Source of the DNA: an uncultured delta proteobacterium
Lineage (GTDB): Bacteria; Desulfobacterota; Binatia; UBA9968
DNA: 64,000 bases
NCBI GenBank assembly: GCA_963760795.1
Contig: CAVXEP010000029.1
Coordinates: 32,001 to 96,000 of the forward strand
Direction: 5' to 3'
The stretch's first letter is position 1; each line of letters begins with the position of its first letter. Under the pieces are notes generated by a model. It saw only the letters and a program-made list of their open reading frames with translations. It searched no databases and was not told the DNA's origin. Positions 53,436 through 62,690 of this stretch are shown piece after piece. The translations under genes and the position numbers were made by a program.

Positions 53436-54542
53436 CTAGAGGCGCATCGGCATCAGAACGTAAAGATAGCCATCAACACCGGCTTTTCGGATGACGCTGG
53501 GGCTGAGTTCGTCTTTCAGTTCAAATTCGATCTCTCCCTCACCGCCCAAAACCGCCAAAACATCTAATAAGTATCGGGCATTGAAACCGATGGCGATGGT
53601 CTTGCCTTTATAGTCAGCCTCGACTTCTTCCACCGCTTCGCCAAGATCTGGGTTATTCGCCGAGATCGACAGTTTGCCGTTAGCGAACTCCATTTTTACA
53701 CCCTTGTAGCGTTCGCTGGAAAGAATCGAAACCCGGCGCAAAGCGCGCAATAACTCTTCATGGTCGAGTTTGGCGATATTCGGGTTACCGACGGGGATTA
53801 CCTTAGTATAGTCGGGGAAATCACCATCTATTAGGCGCATGAAAAGCTCGACCTTGTCCTTGCTGACGAGCCCCATGTTCTCCTTGAAACCTAGAGATAC
53901 GGCGCCGTCTTCACCGCTTTCTAATAGCTTCTTTAGTTCAGACAATCCCTTTCTCGGTAAAATCACGCCTTTGGTCAGGCCAAGGGAGCCGACCTGCTTC
54001 TCTTCGAACGCTAGACGATGACCGTCGGTGGCGACCATGCGTACTTTACCGCCTTCGCACTGTTCGATGTAAACCCCATTGAGACTATAGCGGGTCTCGT
54101 CCGTCGATACCGAAAAGATCGTCCGCTCGATCATTTCGCGCACGGTTGACGCCGGTGTCGTCGACAATCCACTGCTATCGAATTGGGGAAACTGAGGAAA
54201 CTCCTTGGCATCCATACCGAATATCTTAAAAACTGATTTACCGCTGCGAATCTCGACCCAGTCGTTGTCCAAGCGTTTTAATTGAACCAGATCGTTAGGC
54301 ACTTCTCTGACTATTTCATAAAGCTTTTTGGCATTGACCGTTACGCTGCCTTCTTTTACGACCTCGCCGTCGACACCACCGCGGACACCCACTTCAAGAT
54401 CCGTGGCCGTGATACGTATGCCGCTTTTTTGCGCTTCAATCATGACATTGGCGAGGATCGGCATGGTGTTACGCCGCTCGACAATGCTTTGAGTCCAATA
54501 AAGCGTTGCGAGAAGATCTCCCCGCTTGGCTTTAATTTCCAT
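53436..54542 (-). CDS. dnaN: DNA polymerase III beta clamp
   Basis: ATDLE, ATDGHRL, FPDY, FNARYL, LMPMRL. Confidence 0.97.
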   Translation of the reverse strand: MEIKAKRGDLLATLYWTQSIVERRNTMPILANVMIEAQKSGIRITATDLEVGVRGGVDGEVVKEGSVTVNAKKLYEIVREVPNDLVQLKRLDNDWVEIRSGKSVFKIFGMDAKEFPQFPQFDSSGLSTTPASTVREMIERTIFSVSTDETRYSLNGVYIEQCEGGKVRMVATDGHRLAFEEKQVGSLGLTKGVILPRKGLSELKKLLESGEDGAVSLGFKENMGLVSKDKVELFMRLIDGDFPDYTKVIPVGNPNIAKLDHEELLRALRRVSILSSERYKGVKMEFANGKLSISANNPDLGEAVEEVEADYKGKTIAIGFNARYLLDVLAVLGGEGEIEFELKDELSPSVIRKAGVDGYLYVLMPMRL

Positions 54543-54569
54543 ACTTCCTCCCGGTGACTTCTTCTGTGC

Positions 54570-54783
54570 TTATATATATATAAAAATAAGAAGTAATAGT
54601 AGGGGCTGTGGAAAATGTGGGTAAACGCGTTTAAGGAGATAATTCGGTAAGATAGCTTGTGATTAACTTGTGGTGATTATACCGCTCATCCACCCTTTGA
54701 CCGGCTGTGTGGCGATCCCTGAACAGTTATGGACAGATCGAAAGGGTATTGATAACAGGCTATCCACAACTACTTGTGGATAT
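54570..54783. promoter_or_regulatory. oriC unwinding region: AT cluster, DnaA-trios, GC cluster, DnaA boxes
   Basis: ttatatatatataaaaat-aag aag taa tag tag-gggc-tgtggaaaa tgtgggtaa; further boxes tgtgattaa (54658), ctatccaca (54760), tgtggatat (54775). Confidence 0.92.
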
Positions 54784-56116
54784 TTAGATTGCGCTCGATT
54801 ACTGCAATGGTCGCTTGCATGTTGGGATCTTCTTTGATGCGTCGCTCAATGGTTTTCGAAGCGTGGATAACCGTGGAATGATCTCTGCCGCCAAATTTGT
54901 CGCCGATACCAGGGAACGATGTTTGGGTGTGTTTGCGGCACAAATACATCGCGACTTGGCGTGGAAAGGCGAGATTTTGGGTGCGTCTATGCGCTTTCAA
55001 GTCGCCAATTTTTAGATTGTAATGGTCGCAGATGGTTTTTTGGATACCCTCGACTGTGATTTCCCGTTCATAACTTTTTAAGTTATTGCGTAGGACGTCC
55101 TTGGCAAAGTCGATCGTAATGGCGGCCTTGGTGAGCGAATAAAAAGCACCCAAGCGTGTTAGTGATCCTTCCAACTCGCGCACGTTGGAGCTGATGTTCG
55201 ATGCCAGAAAGATCGCCACGTCATCTGGTAGCGGCACACCCTCAAATTCAGCCTTTTTCTGCAGAATCGCGACTCTTGTTTCCATGTCCGGCGGCTGGAT
55301 ATCTGCGATTAGGCCCCATTCGAAGCGGTTCCTCAGGCGATCCTCTATGGCGGGAATGTCTTTGGGGAATTTATCTGAGGTAATGACAATCTGTTTATGG
55401 GACTCATAAAGAGAATTGAAAGTGTGGAAAAACTCTTCTTGAGTGCGCTCTTTGCCGGCGATGAACTGAATGTCGTCGATGATCAGGATATCGACGTTTC
55501 TAAATTTCTTCTTAAATTCGTCCATCTTATCGCGCCTTAGCGAACTGATCAGCTCGTTCATGAACGATTCTGAGCTAAGATAAACGATTTTTAGATTCGG
55601 TCTCCTGGCCGCCGCTTGATGGCCGATGGCATTAACCAAGTGCGTTTTGCCGAGACCGACACCACCATAGATAAATAGCGGGTTGTAATGCTCACCGGGT
55701 TGGTTGGCGACTGCCATGCACGCCGCGTGGGCAAACTGATTGCTCGTACCTATAACGAAGTTATCAAAAGTATACTTCTGCACCAGATGACTTTGGCGTG
55801 GTTGACGTTCACGCTCTTTGTCATCTTTGCGCTGGATCTTTTCCTGTGGCTTCGCCTCGTCGCCGTTTTGCTCAACTGCTATAACAACCTTCAGGTCGTG
55901 TTTCGCAATGGCACTAACGACTGATTCGAGATCGTCAAGATAGTTTTGTCCGACCCAGTCGCGAAAAAACTTGTTTGCCACCGCCACAACCAACTCGTTT
56001 TTATTCCTGGAGACAAACTGGATCGGTCTAATCCAGGTATCGTAGTTTTGCTTACCAATCCGCTCTTTTATTTCCGCTTGAGCTTCAGCCCACAAATAAG
56101 CCATAGAAAAGACCAC
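54770..56116 (-). CDS. dnaA: Chromosomal replication initiator
   Basis: YTFDNF, YNPLFIYGGVGLGKTHL, IDDIQF, NVRELEG, GGRDHSTV. Confidence 0.98.
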   Translation of the reverse strand: MVFSMAYLWAEAQAEIKERIGKQNYDTWIRPIQFVSRNKNELVVAVANKFFRDWVGQNYLDDLESVVSAIAKHDLKVVIAVEQNGDEAKPQEKIQRKDDKERERQPRQSHLVQKYTFDNFVIGTSNQFAHAACMAVANQPGEHYNPLFIYGGVGLGKTHLVNAIGHQAAARRPNLKIVYLSSESFMNELISSLRRDKMDEFKKKFRNVDILIIDDIQFIAGKERTQEEFFHTFNSLYESHKQIVITSDKFPKDIPAIEDRLRNRFEWGLIADIQPPDMETRVAILQKKAEFEGVPLPDDVAIFLASNISSNVRELEGSLTRLGAFYSLTKAAITIDFAKDVLRNNLKSYEREITVEGIQKTICDHYNLKIGDLKAHRRTQNLAFPRQVAMYLCRKHTQTSFPGIGDKFGGRDHSTVIHASKTIERRIKEDPNMQATIAVIERNLNIHK

Positions 56117-56163
56117 TGCAAGTAAGATTTTCTGCTAAAAACAAAAAATAGTTACAAACAACG

Positions 56164-56183
56164 TTATCCACAGCTGTGGATAA
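56164..56183. promoter_or_regulatory. Inverted pair of perfect DnaA boxes upstream of dnaA
   Basis: ttatccaca-gc-tgtggataa. Confidence 0.92.
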
Positions 56184-56377
56184 CTAATTAGCTGCCGAAA
56201 TTTAGGTTGTTATAGAAAACATTGAGAGAAAATTCGCCGGCAAAATATTCTACCCAAACGATTTACCCCAAAACCCGCCAAGAAAAATTCACTCCTCCGC
56301 ACGACGAGAGAATTTTTTTTCTCAAACGATCGAGCGAGTCGAAGTGAAAATGATTTATGTGTCATTGAGAAGGATGT

Positions 56378-56478
56378 GTAATATGCCTTTTCAAAATTCA
56401 TTGCAAGAAAAAAAATAAAGAAAGTTTTTTTTTCAGTAATTCAACTTACTTGACAGAAGCAAAGTGCGATGTTAGCAA
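56378..56478. promoter_or_regulatory. Putative divergent dnaA and hemL promoters around an A/T-rich tract
   Basis: Minus: TTGCAA-17-TATTAC (56406-56378); plus: TTGACA-17-TAGCAA (56450-56478). Confidence 0.5.
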
Positions 56479-56490
56479 CACTCACTCACA

Positions 56491-57780
56491 ATGTCTTTAC
56501 AATCGAAAAAATTATTTCGCCGCGCTTTGAAGAAAATTCCCGGCGGTGTGAACAGCCCGGTACGCGCGTGGAAGTCGGTGGGCGGCTCGCCGCTATTTAT
56601 TTCCCGCGGCCGAGGCAGTCATGTCTTCGACGCCGATAAGAAACCATATATCGACTATGTCGGTTCATGGGGACCGATGATTCTCGGTCACGCCAACGCG
56701 AAGATTATCCGGGCAATCACCCAACGTGCTGCTAATGGGACAACTTTCGGTGCGCCGACACAAGGGGAAGTGGAGTTGGCGGAATTAGTTTCGCGGCGCG
56801 TGCCATCGATCGAGAAACTTCGCCTGGTCAGCTCCGGCACCGAAGCGACGATGAGCGCGATCCGGTTGGCGCGCGCGTTTACCAATCGGTCCAAACTCGT
56901 CAAGTTCGACGGCTGTTACCATGGCCACTCCGATGGCTTGCTCGTCAAATCCGGCTCCGGTGTTGCCACTCTGAGTCTGCCCGATAGTCCCGGCGTGCCC
57001 GCGAGCATCGCGCGTGAAACACTGACAGCTAAATACAACGATTTACAGTCTGTGCAAAAATTAATTCATCGTTACGGCAACGACATTGCCGCAGTGATCG
57101 TCGAACCGGTTTGCGGCAACATGGGAGTGATTCTCCCTCAAGCCGATTTTCTCGACGGTCTGCGCAAAATGACAACACAGTCAGGTGTTTTACTTATTTT
57201 CGATGAGGTAATCACCGGATTTCGTATCGCTCTTGGCGGCGCCCAGCAACGCTATAAGATAAAACCGGACTTAACATGTTTGGGAAAAATTCTCGGCGGC
57301 GGCTTGCCGTTGGCTGCTTTCGGCGGCGGCCGACAAATCATGGACCAGTTGGCGCCGCTCGGTCCGGTTTACCAGGCCGGAACCTTGTCGGGCAATCCGT
57401 TGGCGGTTGCCGCCGGCACTGAAACACTGCATATGCTGGCACGGCGTGGCAGCTACGAAAATCTCGAAGCCAAAGGCCAAAGGCTTGCGGATGGTTTAAA
57501 TGACGTAATCCGCAGGCACAGGATCAGGGCAACGATCAACCGCGTCGGTTCGATGTTGACTTTGTTCTTCGGTGTCGATTCCGTTACGACCGTGGACGAT
57601 GCGCGCCGCTGCGACCGCAAACAATTCGCCGGTTTTTTTCATGGTATGCTCAAACGTGGCATTTATTTGCCGCCCGCGCCTTTTGAGGCTTGGTTCGTCT
57701 CCCTGGCCCACTCAAACGCTGATTTAGACGGGACAATTTCCGCTTTTGACGATTGGGCTAGGAGCGCCGATCGCGGTTGA
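56491..57780 (+). CDS. hemL: Glutamate-1-semialdehyde 2,1-aminomutase
   Basis: PGGVNSPVRA, SGTEATM, GCYHGH, FDEVITGFR, LGKILGGG, QAGTLSGNP. Confidence 0.97.
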   Translation: MSLQSKKLFRRALKKIPGGVNSPVRAWKSVGGSPLFISRGRGSHVFDADKKPYIDYVGSWGPMILGHANAKIIRAITQRAANGTTFGAPTQGEVELAELVSRRVPSIEKLRLVSSGTEATMSAIRLARAFTNRSKLVKFDGCYHGHSDGLLVKSGSGVATLSLPDSPGVPASIARETLTAKYNDLQSVQKLIHRYGNDIAAVIVEPVCGNMGVILPQADFLDGLRKMTTQSGVLLIFDEVITGFRIALGGAQQRYKIKPDLTCLGKILGGGLPLAAFGGGRQIMDQLAPLGPVYQAGTLSGNPLAVAAGTETLHMLARRGSYENLEAKGQRLADGLNDVIRRHRIRATINRVGSMLTLFFGVDSVTTVDDARRCDRKQFAGFFHGMLKRGIYLPPAPFEAWFVSLAHSNADLDGTISAFDDWARSADRG

Positions 57781-57814
57781 TCCAGCATAATCTTCATGCT
57801 AAAAAACTAGCCCA

Positions 57815-58102
57815 GTGGAGAAAATTGGGGGCCGCCCCAATCGTCGGCACGATCGCCAAACTCCGCTCCTGCGCAGAGCAGGATTATACTTAGGAGTTGC
57901 TTTCGAACTACCAGCCACCATTATAGGTGGCTTGACCGTCGGCTATTTTCTCGACGAATATCTTCGTACCTCGCCGTGGTTTCTCATCTCGTTTACGGCG
58001 TTAGCTTTTGTCGGAGCCTTCGTCCGGTTGATACGATGGGTGAAGTTTTTTGCGCGCAATCGCCATGGAAGCAACGGCCCGCAAGACCATACTGAGAATT
58101 GA
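57815..58102 (+). CDS. AtpZ/AtpI family (gene 1) protein
   Basis: Two TM helices, GYFLDEYLRTSPWF; upstream of atpB. Confidence 0.85.
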   Translation: MEKIGGRPNRRHDRQTPLLRRAGLYLGVAFELPATIIGGLTVGYFLDEYLRTSPWFLISFTALAFVGAFVRLIRWVKFFARNRHGSNGPQDHTEN

Positions 58103-58442
58103 ATGTTGGCATGCGGTTCTGTTGTTGGCATTGTTTCTGGTGTTGGGGCGGGGCAGTGCTATCGATGGCATGGCGCTGATTGCCGGCGGCGTGTTCATGG
58201 GAGTCAATTTTCTCCTGCTTAGCTTCGGCGTCGCGGCGGTTCTGACGCCGCTCGCTAGCAAGGGTCAAGTCAAACTCGGCGTAGGCATGTTGGTGTTAAA
58301 GGTCGTATTGTTTTTGGCGTTACTAACGACGGTGTTTTTTCGCTTTCAATTGGATGCGATTTCCTTTGCGCTGGGCTTTTCGACTTTGATCGTGGCCATT
58401 GTTGTCGAAGCAGTTAGAAGATCGCTAGCGGTGGAGAGCTAG
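58065..58442 (+). CDS. atpI: ATP synthase subunit I
   Basis: Four TM helices, GVNF motif; position before atpB. Confidence 0.8.
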   Translation: MEATARKTILRIECWHAVLLLALFLVLGRGSAIDGMALIAGGVFMGVNFLLLSFGVAAVLTPLASKGQVKLGVGMLVLKVVLFLALLTTVFFRFQLDAISFALGFSTLIVAIVVEAVRRSLAVES

Positions 58443-58448
58443 GGAGAT

Positions 58449-59240
58449 ATGGAACATCCGTATACTTGGTATAACGCGCTGCCAGGAGGCTTGCAGCACC
58501 TGTTCGGCGATCATACGTTTTTCGCCGTTGTCGCCGGCCTATTGTTAATATTGTTTGCCATCAAAGCTCGTGGCGCGTTGGCCAAGGCTAGTGACCCGGT
58601 TGTGCCGGCCGCGGAGCTTGGATCGAGAAATATTGCCGAGCTAATCGTTCAACTGATCGTCAGTCAGAGTGACGCCATCATTGGTAAGGCCGGGCGCAAG
58701 TACGTGCCATTTTACGGGACATTTTTCTTCTTCATTTTGCTGAGCAATCTGCTGGGACTCCTGCCCGGCTTTGGCGCGCCGACAGCTAATCTCAATACCA
58801 CCATCGGTCTGGCCCTATGTTCGTTCATCGGCTACAACGTGATTGGCGTGCGCGAGCAAGGTGTGAGCTATTTCAAACATTTTGTCGGCCCGATGACCAG
58901 TCTTCCAGGAGGCGGCATAGTCTCAAAGCTAGCGTTTCTGCCTGTCCTGCTGCTTTCCGTGGTGTTTTTCTTTATTCTTGAACTTTTTTCCCATGGATTT
59001 CGCCCAGTCTCTCTGTCCTTGCGTTTATTCGGCAATATGATGGGCGACCACGAAGTGATCGGCGCGTTCATTAGTTTAACCAAACTAGTGGTGCCGGTGG
59101 CATTCTACCTTATGGGAACCCTGGTTAGTTTAATTCAAGCTTTTGTTTTTACCTTATTGAGCATGATCTACGTTGCTTTGGCCGTCACTCACGGCCATGA
59201 CGAAGAACATGGTCATGATGCACAGCAAGCACATCATTAA
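58449..59240 (+). CDS. atpB: Fo subunit a
   Basis: SNLLGLLPG, RPVSLSLRLFGNM, IQAFVF. Confidence 0.96.
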   Translation: MEHPYTWYNALPGGLQHLFGDHTFFAVVAGLLLILFAIKARGALAKASDPVVPAAELGSRNIAELIVQLIVSQSDAIIGKAGRKYVPFYGTFFFFILLSNLLGLLPGFGAPTANLNTTIGLALCSFIGYNVIGVREQGVSYFKHFVGPMTSLPGGGIVSKLAFLPVLLLSVVFFFILELFSHGFRPVSLSLRLFGNMMGDHEVIGAFISLTKLVVPVAFYLMGTLVSLIQAFVFTLLSMIYVALAVTHGHDEEHGHDAQQAHH

Positions 59241-59314
59241 AAAAGCGATGGGCCGCACGGTGAGGATGAGGATAGAGGGGTGGCAGGCTGAAAATCGCTA
59301 GAAAGGAGACAAAA

Positions 59315-59632
59315 ATGCAAAAGCTGTTTGCCTTCGTTGCAACTTTCGCCATGGCTATGATGGCTAATGGCGCGGCGATGGCCGCGGATAGCGCCGGGGG
59401 AGAATCGAAAGCGGCCGCCATCGCGCTCGCCGCTGGTGTCGCCGTCGGCATCGCTGCCTTTGGCGCCGCCTTGGGCCAAGGTCGCGTGGGCGCCGCGGCG
59501 ATGGAAAGCATTGGGCGCAATCCCAATGCCGCTGATAAGCTATTCTTGCCGCTGGTGCTTACGCTAGCGCTGCTTGAAGCTTTGGCGCTTTACGGTTTCG
59601 TCATCGCGATTCTCTTGCAAGGCAAGATCTAG
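59315..59632 (+). CDS. atpE: Fo subunit c with N-terminal extension
   Basis: ALGQGR, IGRNP, LLEALALY. Confidence 0.95.
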   Translation: MQKLFAFVATFAMAMMANGAAMAADSAGGESKAAAIALAAGVAVGIAAFGAALGQGRVGAAAMESIGRNPNAADKLFLPLVLTLALLEALALYGFVIAILLQGKI

Positions 59633-59658
59633 CTGCGAGAACGATTCTTATGACCATT

Positions 59659-59688
59659 GGGTGAGGAGATTTCTCCTCACCCTTTTTT
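59659..59688 (+). terminator. Intrinsic terminator after atpE
   Basis: gggtgaggaga-tt-tctcctcaccc-tttttt. Confidence 0.9.
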
Positions 59689-59709
59689 ATGGGCAAAAGA
59701 ATTCGTTTC

Positions 59710-60168
59710 CTAGAGCGGCAGGTCAACTTGATGGAGCTGCACTTGAGTGTAGCGCAGGAGTTCCTCCAAGGTGTGCAGCTTGTAGGGTTTGAGATAATAA
59801 ATTTCTTTGATCCCGGTATTCACCAGGACCTTGAGACAATGGATACAGGGCGTGTGGGTAATGTAGATCGCCGCATCCTTGATGTTTGAGCCATTTTTGG
59901 CGGCCTGGGCGATGGCGTTCATCTCGGCGTGGATGGTACGAAAACAGTTTTGTTCGGTGTCGCCATTGGGCGTTTTCGATTCGTAGATCAAACAGCCCAC
60001 GTCGGTGCAATGGGGCATACCGGCGGGCGCGCCGTTATAACCTGTGGCGAGAATATTCTTGTCGCGGGCGATCACGGCCCCGACTTTGGCACGGGCGCAG
60101 GTCGACCGCTCGGCCACCTGCAAGGTGATGGTCATGAAATACTGATCCCAGCTCAACCGTTCACTCAT
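59710..60168 (-). CDS. dCMP deaminase family protein (ComEB-like)
   Basis: RSTC, TGYNG, HAEMNAI, PCIHC. Confidence 0.93.
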   Translation of the reverse strand: MSERLSWDQYFMTITLQVAERSTCARAKVGAVIARDKNILATGYNGAPAGMPHCTDVGCLIYESKTPNGDTEQNCFRTIHAEMNAIAQAAKNGSNIKDAAIYITHTPCIHCLKVLVNTGIKEIYYLKPYKLHTLEELLRYTQVQLHQVDLPL

Positions 60169-60184
60169 GATTCCCTCTAGCCTT

Positions 60185-60969
60185 CTATTCTTTGACCGTG
60201 ACAATCACCTTATCGCCGATTTTCGCACCGGTCCGTTCCATGACGTTACCCTTATTGATGGCAATCTCCAGGAGGCCCCAACTGTTAAACAGACAGGCGA
60301 ACGCGCCACTACTAACATTGGCGTAGTTGGCCACCAAACCGCTCAGTTGAACATCTCCAAGGGCCACCCGCAGTCGATCCACCGGTACCCCTGTCAGATC
60401 ACGCGCGCGGATGTTTGTAAACAGATTGCCGAAGCTGTCGGCGTAGATGATTTCACCTTCCAGCCGATTTTCGCCGCAAAGGACTTGCGGCATGTACAGA
60501 TTTACCAACGTATCTAATGACTTGCCGAACTGGGTTGTGGGGACGCCGAGGGATAGGTGCGCGGCAACTGGCGCGAAGATGTCGCGTCCATGAAACGTAT
60601 TGCTGACCTGTTCCAGGTGATACTCGGCATTGGTCAACTCGATGATGCGCTGCGGCACGTTGCCATCCAGCGCTAGGCTCAAGACGCCGTTGTCGGGGCC
60701 GATAAAATAGTTGTCCTCATGTTCGACAAGGATTGGTTTCCGAACGCTGCCGACGCCAGGGTCGACGACGACGACATGAATCGTGCCCGCGGAGAAAAAG
60801 CGTACCGAGTGCTGTAGTATCAACGCTCGCGGCCATGACATTCTGAGCCGGCACACCATGAGTGAGATCGATGACCTGGGCTCCGCGAATTGATCGCCGC
60901 GATGACGCCTTTTATGATGCCGACAAATGGGTCCCGATAGCCAAAATCGGTAGTGAGCGTTATCACCAT
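60185..60969 (-). CDS. SAM hydroxide adenosyltransferase (DUF62, chlorinase/fluorinase family), 5' frameshifts
   Basis: MVITLTTDFG (other frame), VVVDPGVG, GPDNG, TFHGRDIF, DSFGN, LEIAIN. Confidence 0.9.
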
Positions 60970-61016
60970 GATTGGGTGTCCGGTGTGACCACGATTCTAA
61001 GGCCGGCGGATGCGAT

Positions 61017-61964
61017 TTAAAGTTCTTCCAGTACCGCGGCAAAAAGCAGCGGCACCATGATCTCCATGTGGCCGGTGAGATTGTAGCCTTTGCCGCCATG
61101 CATAGTCGGGCGGTTGACGACGTTGGTGAGCGGCCGGTAGTGCTGCAGAAAATCGAGATTGACCGTCGTCAGATTGCCGATCGGGTGGCCGAGATTGCGC
61201 GCCAAGCTGAGCGCTTTTAAAAACACTTCCGGCAGCACCACGGCGGAACCGAAGTTCAAATAAATGCCGCGATCGAGAGTCGCCACCACCGAAGTGAGCG
61301 TGCGGAAGTCACGCAGGCTGCCATCGCCGAGTGCTTTGCCGTCGGCTTTCGGGTGCATGTGAATGATATCGGTGCCGATGGCGATATGGGAAGTGACGGG
61401 AATGCCCAGCCGGGCCGCGGTGGCGAGAATGCTCAGCTTGCGATGGGCGAGACGATGTTGGTTAATGGCTAGACCGACAGCCGCACCGATGCCCAAATTA
61501 TTCTTCGAGCCGTCGCTGATCGCTTGATTGATGAAACTGCCGGTCTCTTCACCCATGCCAAAGCTGCCGTCTTTGAGCGCGGCGGCGACGTCTTCCGAGG
61601 TCTCGCCCATGTAGGCGAGCTCGAAGTCATGGATCACGCCGGCGCCATTGAGCGCGATGGCATCGATGATACCGCGCTCCATGAAGTCTATGATTAATGG
61701 GCTTAGGCCGACCTTAATCGGGTGCGCGCCCATGCCTAATACCACCGTGCGATTCTTCGCATGGCAATCGGCGATCTTGCGGGCGATCTCCTGTAAATTC
61801 TGCGCTGCAAGAATCTCCGGCAAGCCGCGTAAGAATGCGCGCACACTCGCCCCCTTGGTCAATTTCTTACCAAGTAGCGAAGTCTGCACCTTGCTGAATC
61901 TCTTGGTTACCGGATATGTGCGGACCTTGGTAAAATCGAGGGCTTTGAAATTCTTTTTTCGCAT
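61017..61964 (-). CDS. Conserved uncharacterised protein, deoxyhypusine-synthase-like fold
   Basis: MGAHPIKVG, NGAGVIHDFE, AIGTDIIH, GSAVVLPEVFLKA, GHMEIMVP. Confidence 0.7.
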   Translation of the reverse strand: MRKKNFKALDFTKVRTYPVTKRFSKVQTSLLGKKLTKGASVRAFLRGLPEILAAQNLQEIARKIADCHAKNRTVVLGMGAHPIKVGLSPLIIDFMERGIIDAIALNGAGVIHDFELAYMGETSEDVAAALKDGSFGMGEETGSFINQAISDGSKNNLGIGAAVGLAINQHRLAHRKLSILATAARLGIPVTSHIAIGTDIIHMHPKADGKALGDGSLRDFRTLTSVVATLDRGIYLNFGSAVVLPEVFLKALSLARNLGHPIGNLTTVNLDFLQHYRPLTNVVNRPTMHGGKGYNLTGHMEIMVPLLFAAVLEEL

Positions 61965-61974
61965 CAGAACACGT

Positions 61975-62553
61975 TCACGTGCAAGGATAAAGGGCGGCGT
62001 CAACGAGCTCGCAAATCACATGGCCGACGAGGATATGGGTTTCTTGGATGCGTGCAGTATCTTTGGTGGCGCCGACGTTGAGCAGATGATCCACCTTGCC
62101 GGTCATTCGGCCGCCACTGCCTCCGGTCAGTCCGATGGTGCGAATCTGGAGTTGCCGGCAAACTTCCACCGCCGCAAGAACGTTGGCGGAATTGCCGCTG
62201 GTTGAGATGGCGATCGCCACGTCGCCAGGCTTGCCCAGTGCTTGGACCTGCTTGGCGAAGACCTGGCTGTAATCGTAATCATTGGCGATGCTGGTGAGCG
62301 CTGACGAATCGGTTGTCAGGGCGATCGCGGCTAGGGGCGGTCGCTCGACCCGAAAGCGGTTTATGAACTCCGCCGCAATATGTTGGGCGTCGGCAGCGCT
62401 GCCACCGTTGCCGAAAAGCAGCAGTTTGTTGCCCGATCTGAACGCCGCGACAACGACCTCGATGGCCTTGGTGAGAATGTCGAGATTATCGCGCAAGAAA
62501 GCTTGTTTGACCCGGATGCTTTCATCAAAAGCGGCGACGATAGCGTCTTTCAT
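61975..62553 (-). CDS. gmhA: Phosphoheptose isomerase
   Basis: GNGGSAADAQH, NDY, ISTSGNS, RIQETH. Confidence 0.95.
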   Translation of the reverse strand: MKDAIVAAFDESIRVKQAFLRDNLDILTKAIEVVVAAFRSGNKLLLFGNGGSAADAQHIAAEFINRFRVERPPLAAIALTTDSSALTSIANDYDYSQVFAKQVQALGKPGDVAIAISTSGNSANVLAAVEVCRQLQIRTIGLTGGSGGRMTGKVDHLLNVGATKDTARIQETHILVGHVICELVDAALYPCT

Positions 62554-62690
62554 AGGTTTTTCTCTGTTTAACAATTTGGCTCTGCACGCCGCGCTTGGCT
62601 ACCATTCAAGCACGATGGCTCTTCGTTGGAATCTAGATGCCACGGCGTGGGAAATTTTTATCATAGCGTCGGCGGCGATAAAAGCTCGCT

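Noticed and set aside
56117-56490. rpmH or a small ORF upstream of dnaA
   Set aside because: No MKRT-type L34 sequence seen; the 63-aa ORF 56210..56401 overlaps promoter DNA.
59315-59632. Na+-coupled ATP synthase
   Set aside because: The c subunit has Q and E but EAL rather than the ES/T signature, which fits H+ coupling.
60185-60969. True fluorinase/chlorinase or halometabolite cluster
   Set aside because: TFHGRD retains the His/Arg of SAM hydroxide adenosyltransferases and the context is housekeeping.
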